The notes beneath the pieces were generated by a model, which worked only from the letters and a program-made list of their open reading frames with translations, was not told the DNA's origin and ran no database searches. The position numbers and the translations under genes were made by a program. DNA of 64,000 bases from assembly GCA_963924565.1 (NCBI GenBank), contig OZ004609.1, positions 26,102,001 to 26,166,000 on the forward strand, given 5' to 3'. Shown in pieces: positions 1-11,077 of the stretch (within the stretch, counting starts at the first letter, position 1; every line of letters begins with the position of its first letter). Origin of the DNA: Ascidiella aspersa. Taxonomy: Eukaryota.

Positions 1-345
1 ACGTCTGGAGTCAATGTTTTATTGTCAACATATATAATTTTAGTTGTACATTTTTCACTACCCAGTTCCCACTATAAATGAAAATGAATTTAGATGCAAA
101 AACTACAAAAGTGTATCTGCGCTTTTAACATCGACCACATGTATTATACTGGCTTTATTTGGTTTGAAATACATATATGATGTAGGATTGAATTTAACAA
201 TTATATCATCCTAGGGTGACCACAAAGGGTTAAAAGTCCTGTTTATTTACCTCAATTATTTTACAAAATAGTAGCAATCATACAAGAAATATATACAGTT
301 TGTGCAATTTTTAAGTTAGAATATTAAACAGTTCTGTTGTTTTAG

Positions 346-470
346 GTGATATGGAAGACAGCAGTACATTCAGGCACCATGATGTAGTAACTGGGGCACG
401 TTTAACCTTAAATATTTGGAAGTCCTGGGCCTCGCTTATACGTGCTTGTGCCAGAGGCAACATTTCAGAT
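346..470 (+). CDS. ANKRD60: ANKRD60-like exon (end of ubiquitin-like domain)
   Basis: ttttag|GT GAT ATG...TCA GAT|gtaagc; not in the ORF track. Confidence 0.8.
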
Positions 471-3400
471 GTAAGCAATTCCAACAAAAAATGTGCATTA
501 TTTCACCCGATCCGTTAGAAATCAGTGCTTTTCTAAGCAAAAAGGTCTACGGCAATCAGGGCATCCAATGGCAGAAAAGTCTAGACTTTTAGACCTTGAG
601 GTCCTGGCAATGCACTGATTTGGACCTTTAGGTAAACTTCCGGCGAAGATAAATTAAAAATATTCAATAAAAGTTCAGAAAATATGAGATAGGATTAATA
701 ACACTTGACCCACCTAAACCCTAACCCAAATAATGTGCGTTATTTTTATAATTCTTTAAATGCTGGGGGAAAAAGCCCAAACTCGGATGGTTTCTCGTCC
801 ATTGTATTTAAGATTATTACGTCACAAATTGAGGTATTGGGGCCTGAAGCGTTATAATTATTAAATTATCGCACATTATTTGGGTTAGGGCGCTGGTTAG
901 CGTTTGGGTTTGGTTGGGTCAAGTATTGTTAAACTTAATCTACTTATGCACATTTGTTAATGCAAATTAGTGCATTGTCCAAGACCTCAAAGTCTAAAAG
1001 TCAGACTTTTTGATTCTTTGAATGCACTGATTGTCGTAGACCTTTTTGCTTAGAACTGCACTGATTTCTGACGGATGGGGTGATTATTTCTAAATAAGTA
1101 TATATTTTATATGTGCTACAGAGCTCTACCAAGCATAACTTGGTAACTGTGTGTCATAAAACATATTTTGAACAGACCCAACACAATTTGTTTTAATTTA
1201 TTTCAATTATCTTCTTTTTTTACTTTAAACAAAATTAAGATTAGATTTATAGTTAAAAGGGCCTGCAGTAAATTAGGTACAACTGGTAGGACTAAACTTT
1301 GGTAGAAATTAGTTGACACTTTTATGTCCTTAATAAATTGACAAGTGTAATATATAGGATTTGGTTTAATGTTTTAAAACTGTCCTTAATATGGCCAGGT
1401 CATGGAACTGGGAGTGACAGTTGACAGCAACTATCGAAATCCCAACATCAAACAAATGTTGCCAGAAGCAAAAAAGGAGTGTTTTCTATCCAGGGCAGCC
1501 ATTGCATTGTATGTTGCTGTGCATAGAGGCCACATTACGCTCATACAGGCTTTACTACAAACTGGTAAGAACCAACTAATTCAAAAGCTTGCCAAGTCAT
1601 AAGCATTTTCCAGTTGATATGGCTGTGGTTAACTTGAATTTACAGTTCACATCAGTAGTTATTTAGTGCAGGATGGACTTAAGATTGCAACAAATAATTT
1701 CGTTTTTTGCTCTCCAAACACTATGAGGTCAAAACTCATTTGTATATATTTCCATAGTAATTATTTCTTTTGTTGAACTACGAAATATTTTACAACACCT
1801 TCAAACGGCCTGTGGATGAAAAAACTTGAATCGAACCCTAACTTAAGCTACCTATGATACCTATGGCTTGTCGGCCTCTGTTAAACACATTTCTGTTAGG
1901 TTCAAAATTTAGGCCCATAATACTTTAAAAATGTACTCTGCGAGTGTTGTTCAGCCGATTTTTCTTTTAATCAGTTTCTCTCAAAGGAAAATTAGAACCT
2001 GCAAATATACCTTTAAATATTGCGAAACAAAAGAAAGTATAACCTCTTCAAAATCTTAAGCCTTTGATTCACCATTTTAGTTCCAAATTAATAGGAATAA
2101 GCTAAGCTGAATAATATTTAGATGTAAACAAAACAATTTATGCTGTGGGAGAACACAACAAAGAGTATGCGTAGTGCTGTGCGGCATAATAATAAGAGAC
2201 TGTACACTTCAGTTATAGGTGTTTCCTCGCTTGCGATAAAACATCTGTACTGTTTAGATTTTGTAATGGGCTTTGCTCATAATATGCATATATATTCCAT
2301 ATGTATGCTATTATTACCCCAACCAAAATGTGCGTTATTTCATATTAATATTATTAAATTGTTATCTAGTTATACCTATTCTTGTTTTAAATATTAATTC
2401 TACTGTCTCTGCAAAGCACAAGTAAAATAAAATAAAAAAGTTTAACTCGTTGGTTGTTGCTCCATATATAATAATGGATAATTTAACTTTAAGAAGATTT
2501 CCCACAGGTGTATGGAAATTCGTTTTACTACAAGTCATAGGTCAGTCGAAATGATGTGTATCAAACTGCGGGATAGCGCTTTTTCTAGTAAAAAGATAAC
2601 GCAAAAATGAAAAAAAACAATTTGTTTTGACCATTAATATAGATACTGTCTATAAAAGAACACAAAAATATGATTTACGAACTCTCCATTCAAAAAAAAA
2701 ATTCTCTCTCTAATGCTCTTCAATATCTGTCTACAGGAGTGGACATAATGGCTACTACCAAACATGGTCGAAATGTTCTTCATGTCGCTGCTGCCAATGG
2801 CCAGAATGCATCCATAGAGCTACTCCTGCAGTATTGTGCGGGTAAAGGCAAATTTTTATCACATTGTTAAAATCTGAAGACCAACCAAAATTCAATATTT
2901 TGACCGATATAATAATTTTTTAGGTTTTTACTAACCAACACAAAATAACCAATTTTTTTTGTATACCACATATATGGTAATGTATCACTCTATCTTTAGT
3001 AAAATCATTAAATTTGCTTGTAAAAAGGTAGGCTGGTTTTTCACCGGTAGTGTATATCATATAATTACAAAATAGCCTTTTTATATACACTATTGTAGTG
3101 TTGAGCCAGCTATTTGTTCCATAATACTGCATAGATATTATAAATAATTTTGTAAAGTACACATAATTCAAACTCAGGATAGTGCGGATTTAGGATGTAA
3201 AATTATCATTAGTAGATGCTTTATGATGTTACATTTTATTTTTTAGGACCCCTTATTAACTCTACTGATAAGCTTGGTGAAACTCCGCTTCAAACTGCTG
3301 CAACTTGGGGACACAAAGCCTGTGAGGGTAGACTCTTTCTTTTTCGGGTAAAACATATTTTTAAATGTTTTGGATTGTTAACGGAAGGTTTCTTTTGGAT

Positions 3401-4373
3401 TGCCGCATTTGGTATTAATAGTCTTCCTAGGTATATATTAGGTCTAATTATTTAAGGGGTTGTATCAGGGTATTTAGTGAATGTTGAGATAAAACCAGGG
3501 TGCAATTGCTTAGAAACCTGCAAAACTCCTGTCAGTCCTCTTTTCAAACAGCATATGCTTGAACAATTTTCTCAAAATAAAGTTGAACCTAGACCAAGGG
3601 TTTTCAGACTAAAAAGCTTGGGGCTGACTCAAGTAATATAGAAATGCACAGCAAACTTTCTACAAAAGATAGTGTTAGTATTACTACTAAATAACATTTA
3701 TTATTATCATTATAATGAACAGTATACATTTAAGTCCATAACCTGTTTCATTTATTTTAAAACATGACTATTCTTTCTCTAATTAGAAAAATAACACTAT
3801 AAAAATACTATTAGAAAAGTGAACATTTATACTATAATTTAAAGTGGCGCAAAAGAGCTGGAAACATGAAGAGCACGGCACCACTGACACGTAATCAGCT
3901 TATGGCTCATCAACTCTTTGATTCATCATCAAAAACATGGCTTAATGGCAGTCAGAGCCAAATGTATGCGTCCAACATTCTTCCTCCTCAGGTAAATTGT
4001 TCTACCAAGATTCTGTTGCCATTTCTTGAAGTTTGTTTTAAATTTTGGTTTGTTGTTTTACCAGGAATTCCAAGGCACTGGAATCGAGTCCAAAAAGAGC
4101 CACTTAAGCTTGGTGCGCGAACAAATTAATAAGCCCACTTCCACACGTAGCAGTCCGGCAAAAGTAATACCTTCTCGTTCAAGCAAGAGAAGCCGCACAA
4201 CTGTTTCAGATGGTGCTGTTCTGACTAAAGGAAAAGTGAAAGACGGAATCGAAGAAATCTTTCCAATTTCTGTTCAAGATATTCAAGCCTCTGGTTACGG
4301 CCAAAGTGAACACAGAAATACCTCATTAAAACATCAGCCTGCCTTTAGCAAAACTGTAAAACAATATGTCTGA
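346..4373 (+). CDS. ANKRD60: Ankyrin repeat domain-containing protein 60-like (ubiquitin-like domain end plus ankyrin repeats); 5'-truncated by the window edge, 6 exons visible
   Basis: Exons 346-470, 1399-1564, 2737-2841, 3247-3347, 3845-3991, 4065-4373 have AG/GT boundaries in consistent phase. Peptide GDMEDSSTFRHHDVVTGARLTLNIW...LGVTVDSNYRNPN...SRAAIALYVAVHRGH...GRNVLHVAAANG...DKLGETPLQTA resembles recalled vertebrate ANKRD60 (LMDDTTLKFHDVVPG..IW; QRAFVALYVASHRGH; GRTPLHVAAAMG; DAKGETP). Confidence 0.85.
504..1082. mobile_element. Foldback/MITE element with ~120-bp imperfect terminal inverted repeats in an ANKRD60 intron
   Basis: 504-~625 (cacccgatccgttagaaatcagtgc..ttctaagcaaaaaggtctac..) is the imperfect reverse complement of ~961-1082. 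A second inner inverted pair is ccctaacccaaataatgtgcg / cgcacattatttgggttaggg. Flanked by a 7-bp direct repeat attattt (497-503, 1083-1089). Confidence 0.85.
1399..1564 (+). CDS. ANKRD60: ANKRD60-like exon (first ankyrin repeat)
   Basis: ccag|GTC ATG GAA...ACT G|gtaaga; ALYVAVHRGH. Confidence 0.85.
2737..2841 (+). CDS. ANKRD60: ANKRD60-like exon (ankyrin repeat)
   Basis: ctacag|GA GTG...GCG G|gtaaag; GRNVLHVAAANG. Confidence 0.85.
3247..3347 (+). CDS. ANKRD60: ANKRD60-like exon (ankyrin repeat)
   Basis: ttttag|GA CCC...TTT CGG|gtaaaa; DKLGETPLQTAATWGH. Confidence 0.85.
3845..3991 (+). CDS. ANKRD60: ANKRD60-like exon
   Basis: ttaaag|TGG CGC...CCT CAG|gtaaat; phase 0 matches the previous exon. 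Confidence 0.75.
4065..4373 (+). CDS. ANKRD60: ANKRD60-like terminal exon
   Basis: ttaccag|GAA TTC CAA GGC...TGA, after a 73-bp intron. Confidence 0.75.
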   Translation, partial: EFQGTGIESKKSHLSLVREQINKPTSTRSSPAKVIPSRSSKRSRTTVSDGAVLTKGKVKDGIEEIFPISVQDIQASGYGQSEHRNTSLKHQPAFSKTVKQYV

Positions 4374-5030
4374 CAGTATTAGTGTTAAACAAGTAGAGCA
4401 CAGTATAGCCTCAGCCAATCCTAGTTTTAGGATACACCTGCATATATCTATACTGTTGAACTTGTGAAAAAGTATGGTGTTTTCTTAAGTTTATGTGAAT
4501 TTGTTTTAAAAAATATTGTGATGCTTGTGTTATTTGTTTAATTAACCTGCCGTTTAAGAAGCAATCTATCCTAAATGCACTTAAAATGTTTGATTTGATT
4601 TACTACTGCACTGTTTCCACTGTGCCATGATTGGCCTGCTTACCTGTTGCTTGTCTTTGTGTTGTTCACCGGGTTTCGTGATAATAATATATCAGTGTAT
4701 CTGGCAACAATTATATATCCGCTTAAAAATTCATCAATTCTACGTTTGTTGGGTATTAATAGCTTTATTTGTCAATGTGATGGTAATCGTTTTAACTTAT
4801 ATATTGTAAATGTAGAAAAACCTGATGTAGTGTTTGGTGGGTATGCTGTGATTTTAATATTATTATACACATTTAGTCAAATAAGCGTTTATTTTTGCAG
4901 ATGTCTGGCATAACATAACCTTTAGGTGGTTTTCTGTTGCCAATCAACTGTGCTGAAAGTTGTATTAGACATGGTAACAACATGAGATATAGTCGACAAA
5001 GGGTCTTTTTGTGAATGTTTCAAGACAACA

Positions 5031-5225
5031 ATGTCTTCTACAACAGTCGTCAGTCCAAATGATGAAGTCTTTGTCGATGTTGAACAGAACAATCACCTTA
5101 TTCCAGGATGTAGCAAAATTGTTAAAAGCAAGTCGTGTTCGTCGTTGGGAAACTCCATAGAAAGCAGGAAACTCAGACCAAGAAGGGGAAGCAGTAAAAT
5201 TGAAGAAAGGGACCTTGTAAAAAAG
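5031..5225 (+). CDS. SIRT7: SIRT7 exon 1
   Basis: ATG TCT...AAA AAG|gtatcc; start codon inferred from the ORF. Confidence 0.7.
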
Positions 5226-8200
5226 GTATCCTTACCATTTGTATTTACCTGTATCCTTACCATTTGTATTGGTATCCTTACCATTTGTATTTACCGAGTA
5301 TCCTTACCATTTCTTTTTACCTACCATTTGTATTTTTATCTCGTCAATATTAAAGGGGGTTGCTCTATGTCAAATGTTGTCAAAAAATTGTGCGAAATGT
5401 CTGTATTTCAGATTAGAGCCGTTGTTGACCAAACCACACTTAGTTGTGACGATCTTCTTTTTTTGGAGCAACACAAGCCTCTAGTGAAGCTTGTCAAACA
5501 AAGGAGATCCAGCTACTCCAAGCTCAAAGAAAGATGCAAAGAGGTTTGTCTACAAGAAGCACTTGTTGTAACAGAAGTTATTAAACTGCAGTCTATGGAC
5601 CCCTTGGGGTTACATGGACTAGATTTAGGGGGTAAAGGCTTAATTGAAATCTATATGTATAATTTTAAAAATATAATGAACTAAAAGACTATTTAATTGA
5701 AAAAATAATAGAGTTTAATTAAAAAATGCTTTGGCACTAATGTATTTCGATTCTGTTTCATTTTAACATTTGTTGGCCTGAAAACAGCAGGCTTCTTAAC
5801 TCCATTTTTTGTATTACTTAATCTTTTATAATTTTATGACGACCTTGACCATGCAAACCAAATAACTTTGAAGGGGTGAGTGTTAAAAATGTGAACTACT
5901 GTTTTAAGGATATTAACAATTTATTGGTTGTTGGCAAATTTTCAATATTTTGGTGAGAATTAAAAAAGCTGTCAGTATACTTTTGTTCTTATAACAGTTA
6001 ACTTTAGTAAATTAAACTTTGAAAAGTTTTTAGGGAAGTATTCCTTGCAAACCGCATTTTTAGTAGATTTGCTAGTTGTGCAATTTTTAAACCGATTTTT
6101 CCATAAATAGTTAACATCTTAGGTAATAGGTAATCATGTTTATTTTTTTAGAAAAAGTTACTTATATGCCTGGAATATTAACTACTCTTTGTGCGTTCAT
6201 GTTAGGACATGTCACATTTGTTAATCTTTTGGCAGTACTGCTTGCCCAAAAGTCACCTTCAGTAAAAATACTGAAGCAAATAATAGAACCAAGTTTTTCA
6301 AAACACTTTTCTGAAAACACAGGTGGAAGATGAGCCGATCATCTTGAAGCAAAGCTGTCTTCGTCTGGCAGAAGCTTTGAAGGCCAGCAGACATGCAATC
6401 CTCTATACAGGAGCTGGGATCAGCACTGCAGCCAATATTCCTGACTACAGGGGGGTGGATGGTGTATGGACTAAACTGCAAATGGGAAAGAGCATCGCAA
6501 TGGGTATGTATTTATGTAATCTAAACATTATGCCCAGAACAGACCTGTAAGCATTGGTAGTATCATGGAGTATTGGTATTTATAACACCTCTTATTACTA
6601 TTTAACTTACTATGTAGGGGAATCTTATGCTTTGTATCTTATTAGATAACGGTGTCATGTCTAATTGGTAAATTGTAGCAACGTCTGATCTAATTCCAAT
6701 TATTTTACTCCCAAGTTTGCAATACTATGCTAGGTAAAACTGAGGCATGATACTTATTGATAAGGTTATGTTAACTACGTTTTGGACTGTAATTTGCATT
6801 TGCAATAATATACTGGTTAGTGGTTACCTTCAGTTGTTACTTGCTATTATTTTTGAGTCCCAAGGTCGAATGGACTGAGTTTAATGAACAACTATGGCTG
6901 ATACCTACTTAACTTTGCTATTGGATGAGTACCAATACTACCACATAGTAAAGAATATCTGCTGCCAACTAATTGTATGGCGTTATTTACCGCATTATTA
7001 TCTGTTTCATTTTAACCAATTTACTACAATACAAGCCTAAAATTGAGACTATGTTATAAAGTGGGGATTTGAATGTGTATTGTGTATACTTAAAATAAGC
7101 ATATGCCACGAACCCGAAACTAGGTCAGTTTTGTCAAGTAGCTGACGTATTTGTGTTATAAACTGTCGGCGTCGTTTCAGACCAGAGCCTGGTTACGGCT
7201 GAGCCTACCTACACTCACATGGCGATCCGGAAACTGGTCGAGGTTGGTCTAGTGAAGCACGTGGTGTCACAGAACTGCGATGGGCTTCACGTGAGAAGCG
7301 GGATGCCACCTGACAAGTTATCGGAAATCCACGGCAGCATGTTTGCCGAGGTGAGGACTTATAATTAATCGTACTCCGCCGCACCTCTTTGTAGCTTTAT
7401 GTTTAAGTCAGAGGTTCTCAATCGGGGAAATTTGAGATTTGATCCCAAAACACTTTTAGTTTGGGGTGAAATACATTGATGCAAGTTATGAGCAGAGCCC
7501 GCTTTAAAATCTATAAAATGTAGGTCATTTTCGCAAGCGATATGAAATCTTGACTGAGCTGTACACCTCTTAATATTACGTCACAATGCGCTTTTTTGTG
7601 CTTCCAAATTATACTAGTAGATTACTAGTTTAATTTGGTAACAAAAAACGGCTGAAAAACGAGTTATCTAATTTCTTCGTATATTGACAAATTTACAGCT
7701 ACTGTTTTTCTAAGGGGCTTTAGAGTTTTGAATAGCGCTTAAAGGGGTCCTCGGGTTCAATGACGTTGTAAACCACTAAGCTAATTGATGATAAAACTAT
7801 AATGTACGTCGCACTTTAAAAATGGTGCCGCACAAAAACTGCGGTGGCAAAAACATACGGCTCTAGGATTTTCTTGTGTGGCTTATTTGATAAACATTAT
7901 CACACGGAAGATTAAACATTTCATGAATAATATAATCTGTGCTTATATTAAGCATTTCTGTGTAACAACTTCTATATAGCAATAACTACGCGGATTGTAA
8001 TTTAGTGTTAAGCTTTGCAACTCGTAACCAAAAATATGTTATGTTATGTTATTCGTTTTTATGTGTAATTGCAACTCTTATTCACTCCGGACGGACAACT
8101 GTATAATTGGTCATTGGACTTTTATATACCGTTCTAAATAATATTATAATACTTTCAATTTTGTTAAATATACTAGTCATGCTAAAAAAACATACTAAAG

Positions 8201-11077
8201 ATTTATTGGTATTGTGTAGTATGTTCACAGTTTAACAAAGACTGAATTTGTACACTGTTTTTAAAAGCATATTTTTGCCGCAGGTTTGTGTTGAGTGCCA
8301 CAAGAACTTCTACAGGATCTTCGACGTCACCGAACTCACAGGGTTGCGACGTCACATGACGTCACGAACCTGTGACGTGTGCGATGGCAAGCTCAGGGAC
8401 ACGATCGTACATTTCGGGGAACGTAGTGCTCGTCAGTGAGTTAAAAGTTCCAACAATCTTGCAAAAGTAGTTCTCTTTTTCATGACTTTTATTTCGGCCA
8501 TCCTGCCATTTATTTACCTTCTCCAATTTCTAATCTGCCATATTAATAGTTCTGATTTGAAGAACATTTACGCTATAATATCAAAACAAAGCTAAACCAT
8601 ATTAAACTTTCGATAACTGTTTTTGTTTCATGTGTAATGCTTACTGACAGACATCTGGTTGAAACCCGAATGCTTTTAACGGGTATATTACATTTGGCCT
8701 CAAAAGAACCAAAGCGCTATTTAGTGGTGTCATTTTTCAGTGATCAAAGTCTGTCCACTTGAAACGTGGTGACTGACCAATGACCATTCTATTGAGATAT
8801 TTTACCTCCCTAATTAGAAATAAAATTTTCAGCGTGTTTATTGTCGCTTTATTGCCTCTCAGTCCAGTTTTTTATGTTTGTCTATAAAACCACGGGTTCC
8901 GTTTTGTCACATTTTATGTTTCATTTTTCTGTTCTTACGGGCCACTCCATTTTGTTCGGCAGCTGGCCGCATTTTTGGGAGCAGGCTGAAAAACACGCCC
9001 AAGAAGCTGATCTAGTTGTTTGCCTTGGCTCAAGTTTAAAGGTGCTCCGTTCCTACAAGCAACTGTGGCATGCCGACAGGTATTACCTTGTTGGCAGGGA
9101 TTCACATCAATTGTTCACACATTTTATTGGTTTATAAATAACCTAACTCCATTCATCCAAGTTATTTGTTTGATAAGGTTTACAACTTTACTTGGCCTGG
9201 ACTTTTTGCATCTACTTCCTTAAAAAAAAAATTTTGCTTGTGGTACGTTCTATTTTGAATTCATTTACAGCGTAATGGATAGTTGTGGTCAGATTGGAAT
9301 AAATGCACCAAGAGATTCTAAAACAGGCCAACATATATTAATGTTATGGAATTATCTAGCGGTTCTACTGCGAGAGGTTGCCCGCGGCCCCTGAGCCCCC
9401 GTGCTCTAGTGACGTATTCCTAATTATTTATTGTGTTGTGGGATGGTTGTATTGCGATATAAATTACGCGACTACTCGTTTATAAATGCTAGTAAAATTC
9501 TTGTATTATACCATTTTAAACCATTTGCGTATTTGGACTCTGTTTTTATTTTGGCAAGGCAAACAGCAAGGGTGGCGCAAAATCGTAAAGCGTTCCTTGT
9601 TAAGAAAAAGAGTTAAGACACACAACATCCCCTTCTTACTGTAAAATAGGTGAACCAAACCAAAACTTGACTAATAATAAAGATTTTTTGAACCAGCTGT
9701 GTTTTAATGTTGCTACAGCGCACCATTCACTAACATTCGATTTAAAAGCCTACTTTCGTTCGCACAGACCAAAGAATCAACGTCCCCGCCTCTACATTGT
9801 CAACATGCAGTGGACGCCCAAGGATTCACAGGCCCACCTAAAGATAAATGGTTGGTGATTTCCTCATTATGTCGCCTGCGTGTCAATTTTTCAACGTAAT
9901 TAGGAAACACTTCACGGCGTACTCTTGCTGGGCGTTCTCGTTAACCAATACACCTCGTGCTTTCCCAATAATGGCTTTGTGCAGTATGTCGTGCAACAAA
10001 TTTTCCGAGAAATTGTTTTAAATGAGATTATACTTTGGCCGCCGTTTTGATAGTATTAATCCCGGTCGAGTCACCATTTTCGTTCTTGCGGAATTGTTGC
10101 TGTGGCTAGAAGATTTGGACAAACCACAATACTTCTCACACTTTTTTAAACATTACCTAAAAGAAACTGTTAGAATTTTAACAAGGTATTATTTATGTTA
10201 ATGTAAACTTTTTCTGGTTTGATATATCGATTGTTTGTATGTGTTTGAAGGACGTTCTGATGAAGTCATGCAACAAGTGATGTTACATTTGGGTCTAAAC
10301 GTAGACGGTTACCAACGGTAAGCGCATGTTATTTGTAATGTTGTTAGTTTTTGCAATCGGCAGTGATTTGCAATCAATTTAAACAAATATCTAGAGTCGG
10401 ATTTTTCCTTTAATACTTTTTTTCCTTTAATAAAAAAAATTTGACTTCCTAAAATTTACACAAACCCTTTCCTAATACTCAACGCATACATATAAAATTA
10501 TACGACAATATCACGTTGCTAAACTGATGTTGGCTCTGTACACCAACATTGTATGCTCAGCGTGGTTTGCTTTAGTCATTTAAGACCGGGCTTACTTTGG
10601 CCAAAGTCGTAGAGTACTGTCTTGTATATAGTTAAACAAAAACCTTCGAACAACGTTCCTAGTCTTGTTCCCCATTTGGCATCATATTAAGTACGTTTGT
10701 ATTACTACAATCTTCGGCCGTGGTTCTCCGAAATGCCTGGTGTTTTTAGCGCGAACGATACCCTTCTCAATCTCGCCGCTCCCGTGCAAGCTTCGGAACG
10801 CGAAAGTTTCCGAACGCTATGCATCAGCGTTCCGCCCGACTGCACCCGCTTCGCCGAGTGCTCGACGCGACTAAACACCCGAAAAGTCGCCATCGTCGGT
10901 GACGATCGGACTGAGGGTGCTGACGTCGACGGAGATACGTCACCTGACTTGGAAGAGCTAGCCTCGGCGCAGTCGTCGTCGCGTGACGTGGTGGTTCCGG
11001 GCTGGTTCGGCAAAGGCCGACGAAAAGCCATGCCGCGGAAAACCCTCAAGAGACGGAAAAAGAAAATCCGTGACTAG
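5031..11077 (+). CDS. SIRT7: NAD-dependent protein deacylase sirtuin-7 (class IV sirtuin), 9 exons, 474 aa
   Basis: Exons 5031-5225, 5412-5543, 6323-6503, 7181-7350, 8284-8435, 8963-9079, 9768-9850, 10251-10317, 10750-11077 total 1425 nt in consistent phase. Motifs: [27 protein letters not shown], catalytic HG, zinc ligands [36 protein letters not shown], and the SIRT7-type C-terminal GWFGKG plus a basic NLS-like tail. Confidence 0.95.
5226..5335 (+). repeat. Tandem repeat (21-26 bp unit, GTATCCTTACCATTT core) at the start of SIRT7 intron 1
   Basis: Copies start at 5226, 5251, 5272 and 5298, followed by a partial copy. Confidence 0.9.
5412..5543 (+). CDS. SIRT7: SIRT7 exon 2
   Basis: tttcag|ATT AGA...AAA GAG|gtttgt; basic helix [16 protein letters not shown]. 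Confidence 0.85.
6323..6503 (+). CDS. SIRT7: SIRT7 exon 3 (NAD-binding GAG motif)
   Basis: acacag|GTG GAA...ATG G|gtatgt. Confidence 0.95.
7181..7350 (+). CDS. SIRT7: SIRT7 exon 4 (QNCDGLH and catalytic His)
   Basis: tttcag|AC CAG...GCC GAG|gtgagg; [33 protein letters not shown]; missing from the ORF track. Confidence 0.95.
7409..7778. mobile_element. Degraded hAT-type MITE relic in SIRT7 intron 4
   Basis: cagaggttctcaat...ggggtcc...gttgtaaaccacta resembles the CAGTGGTTCTCAAC/GTTGAGAACCACTG ends seen elsewhere in the window; no clear TSD. Confidence 0.45.
8284..8435 (+). CDS. SIRT7: SIRT7 exon 5 (zinc-binding module)
   Basis: ccgcag|GTT TGT...CGT CA|gtgagt. Confidence 0.95.
8963..9079 (+). 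CDS. SIRT7: SIRT7 exon 6
   Basis: cggcag|C TGG...GAC AG|gtatta; [14 protein letters not shown]. Confidence 0.9.
9768..9850 (+). CDS. SIRT7: SIRT7 exon 7
   Basis: gcacag|A CCA...AAT G|gttggt; [15 protein letters not shown]. Confidence 0.9.
10251..10317 (+). CDS. SIRT7: SIRT7 exon 8
   Basis: ttgaag|GA CGT TCT GAT GAA GTC ATG...CAA CG|gtaagc; [16 protein letters not shown] resembles human GKCDDVMRLLMAELGL. Confidence 0.9.
10750..11077 (+). CDS. SIRT7: SIRT7 terminal exon
   Basis: ttttag|C GCG AAC GAT...TAG; [10 protein letters not shown] and [10 protein letters not shown]. Confidence 0.9.

Noticed and set aside
346-4373. Ankyrin gene near Irx interpreted as Sowah (ancient Irx-Sowah block)
   Set aside because: The peptide matches ANKRD60 (ubiquitin-like domain plus ALYVAxHRGH), not Sowah, and SIRT7 lies between it and Irx.
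5031-11077. SIRT6 assignment
   Set aside because: [31 protein letters not shown] and GWFGKG are SIRT7-type; SIRT6 has IPDFRG, QNVDGLH and TILDWE.
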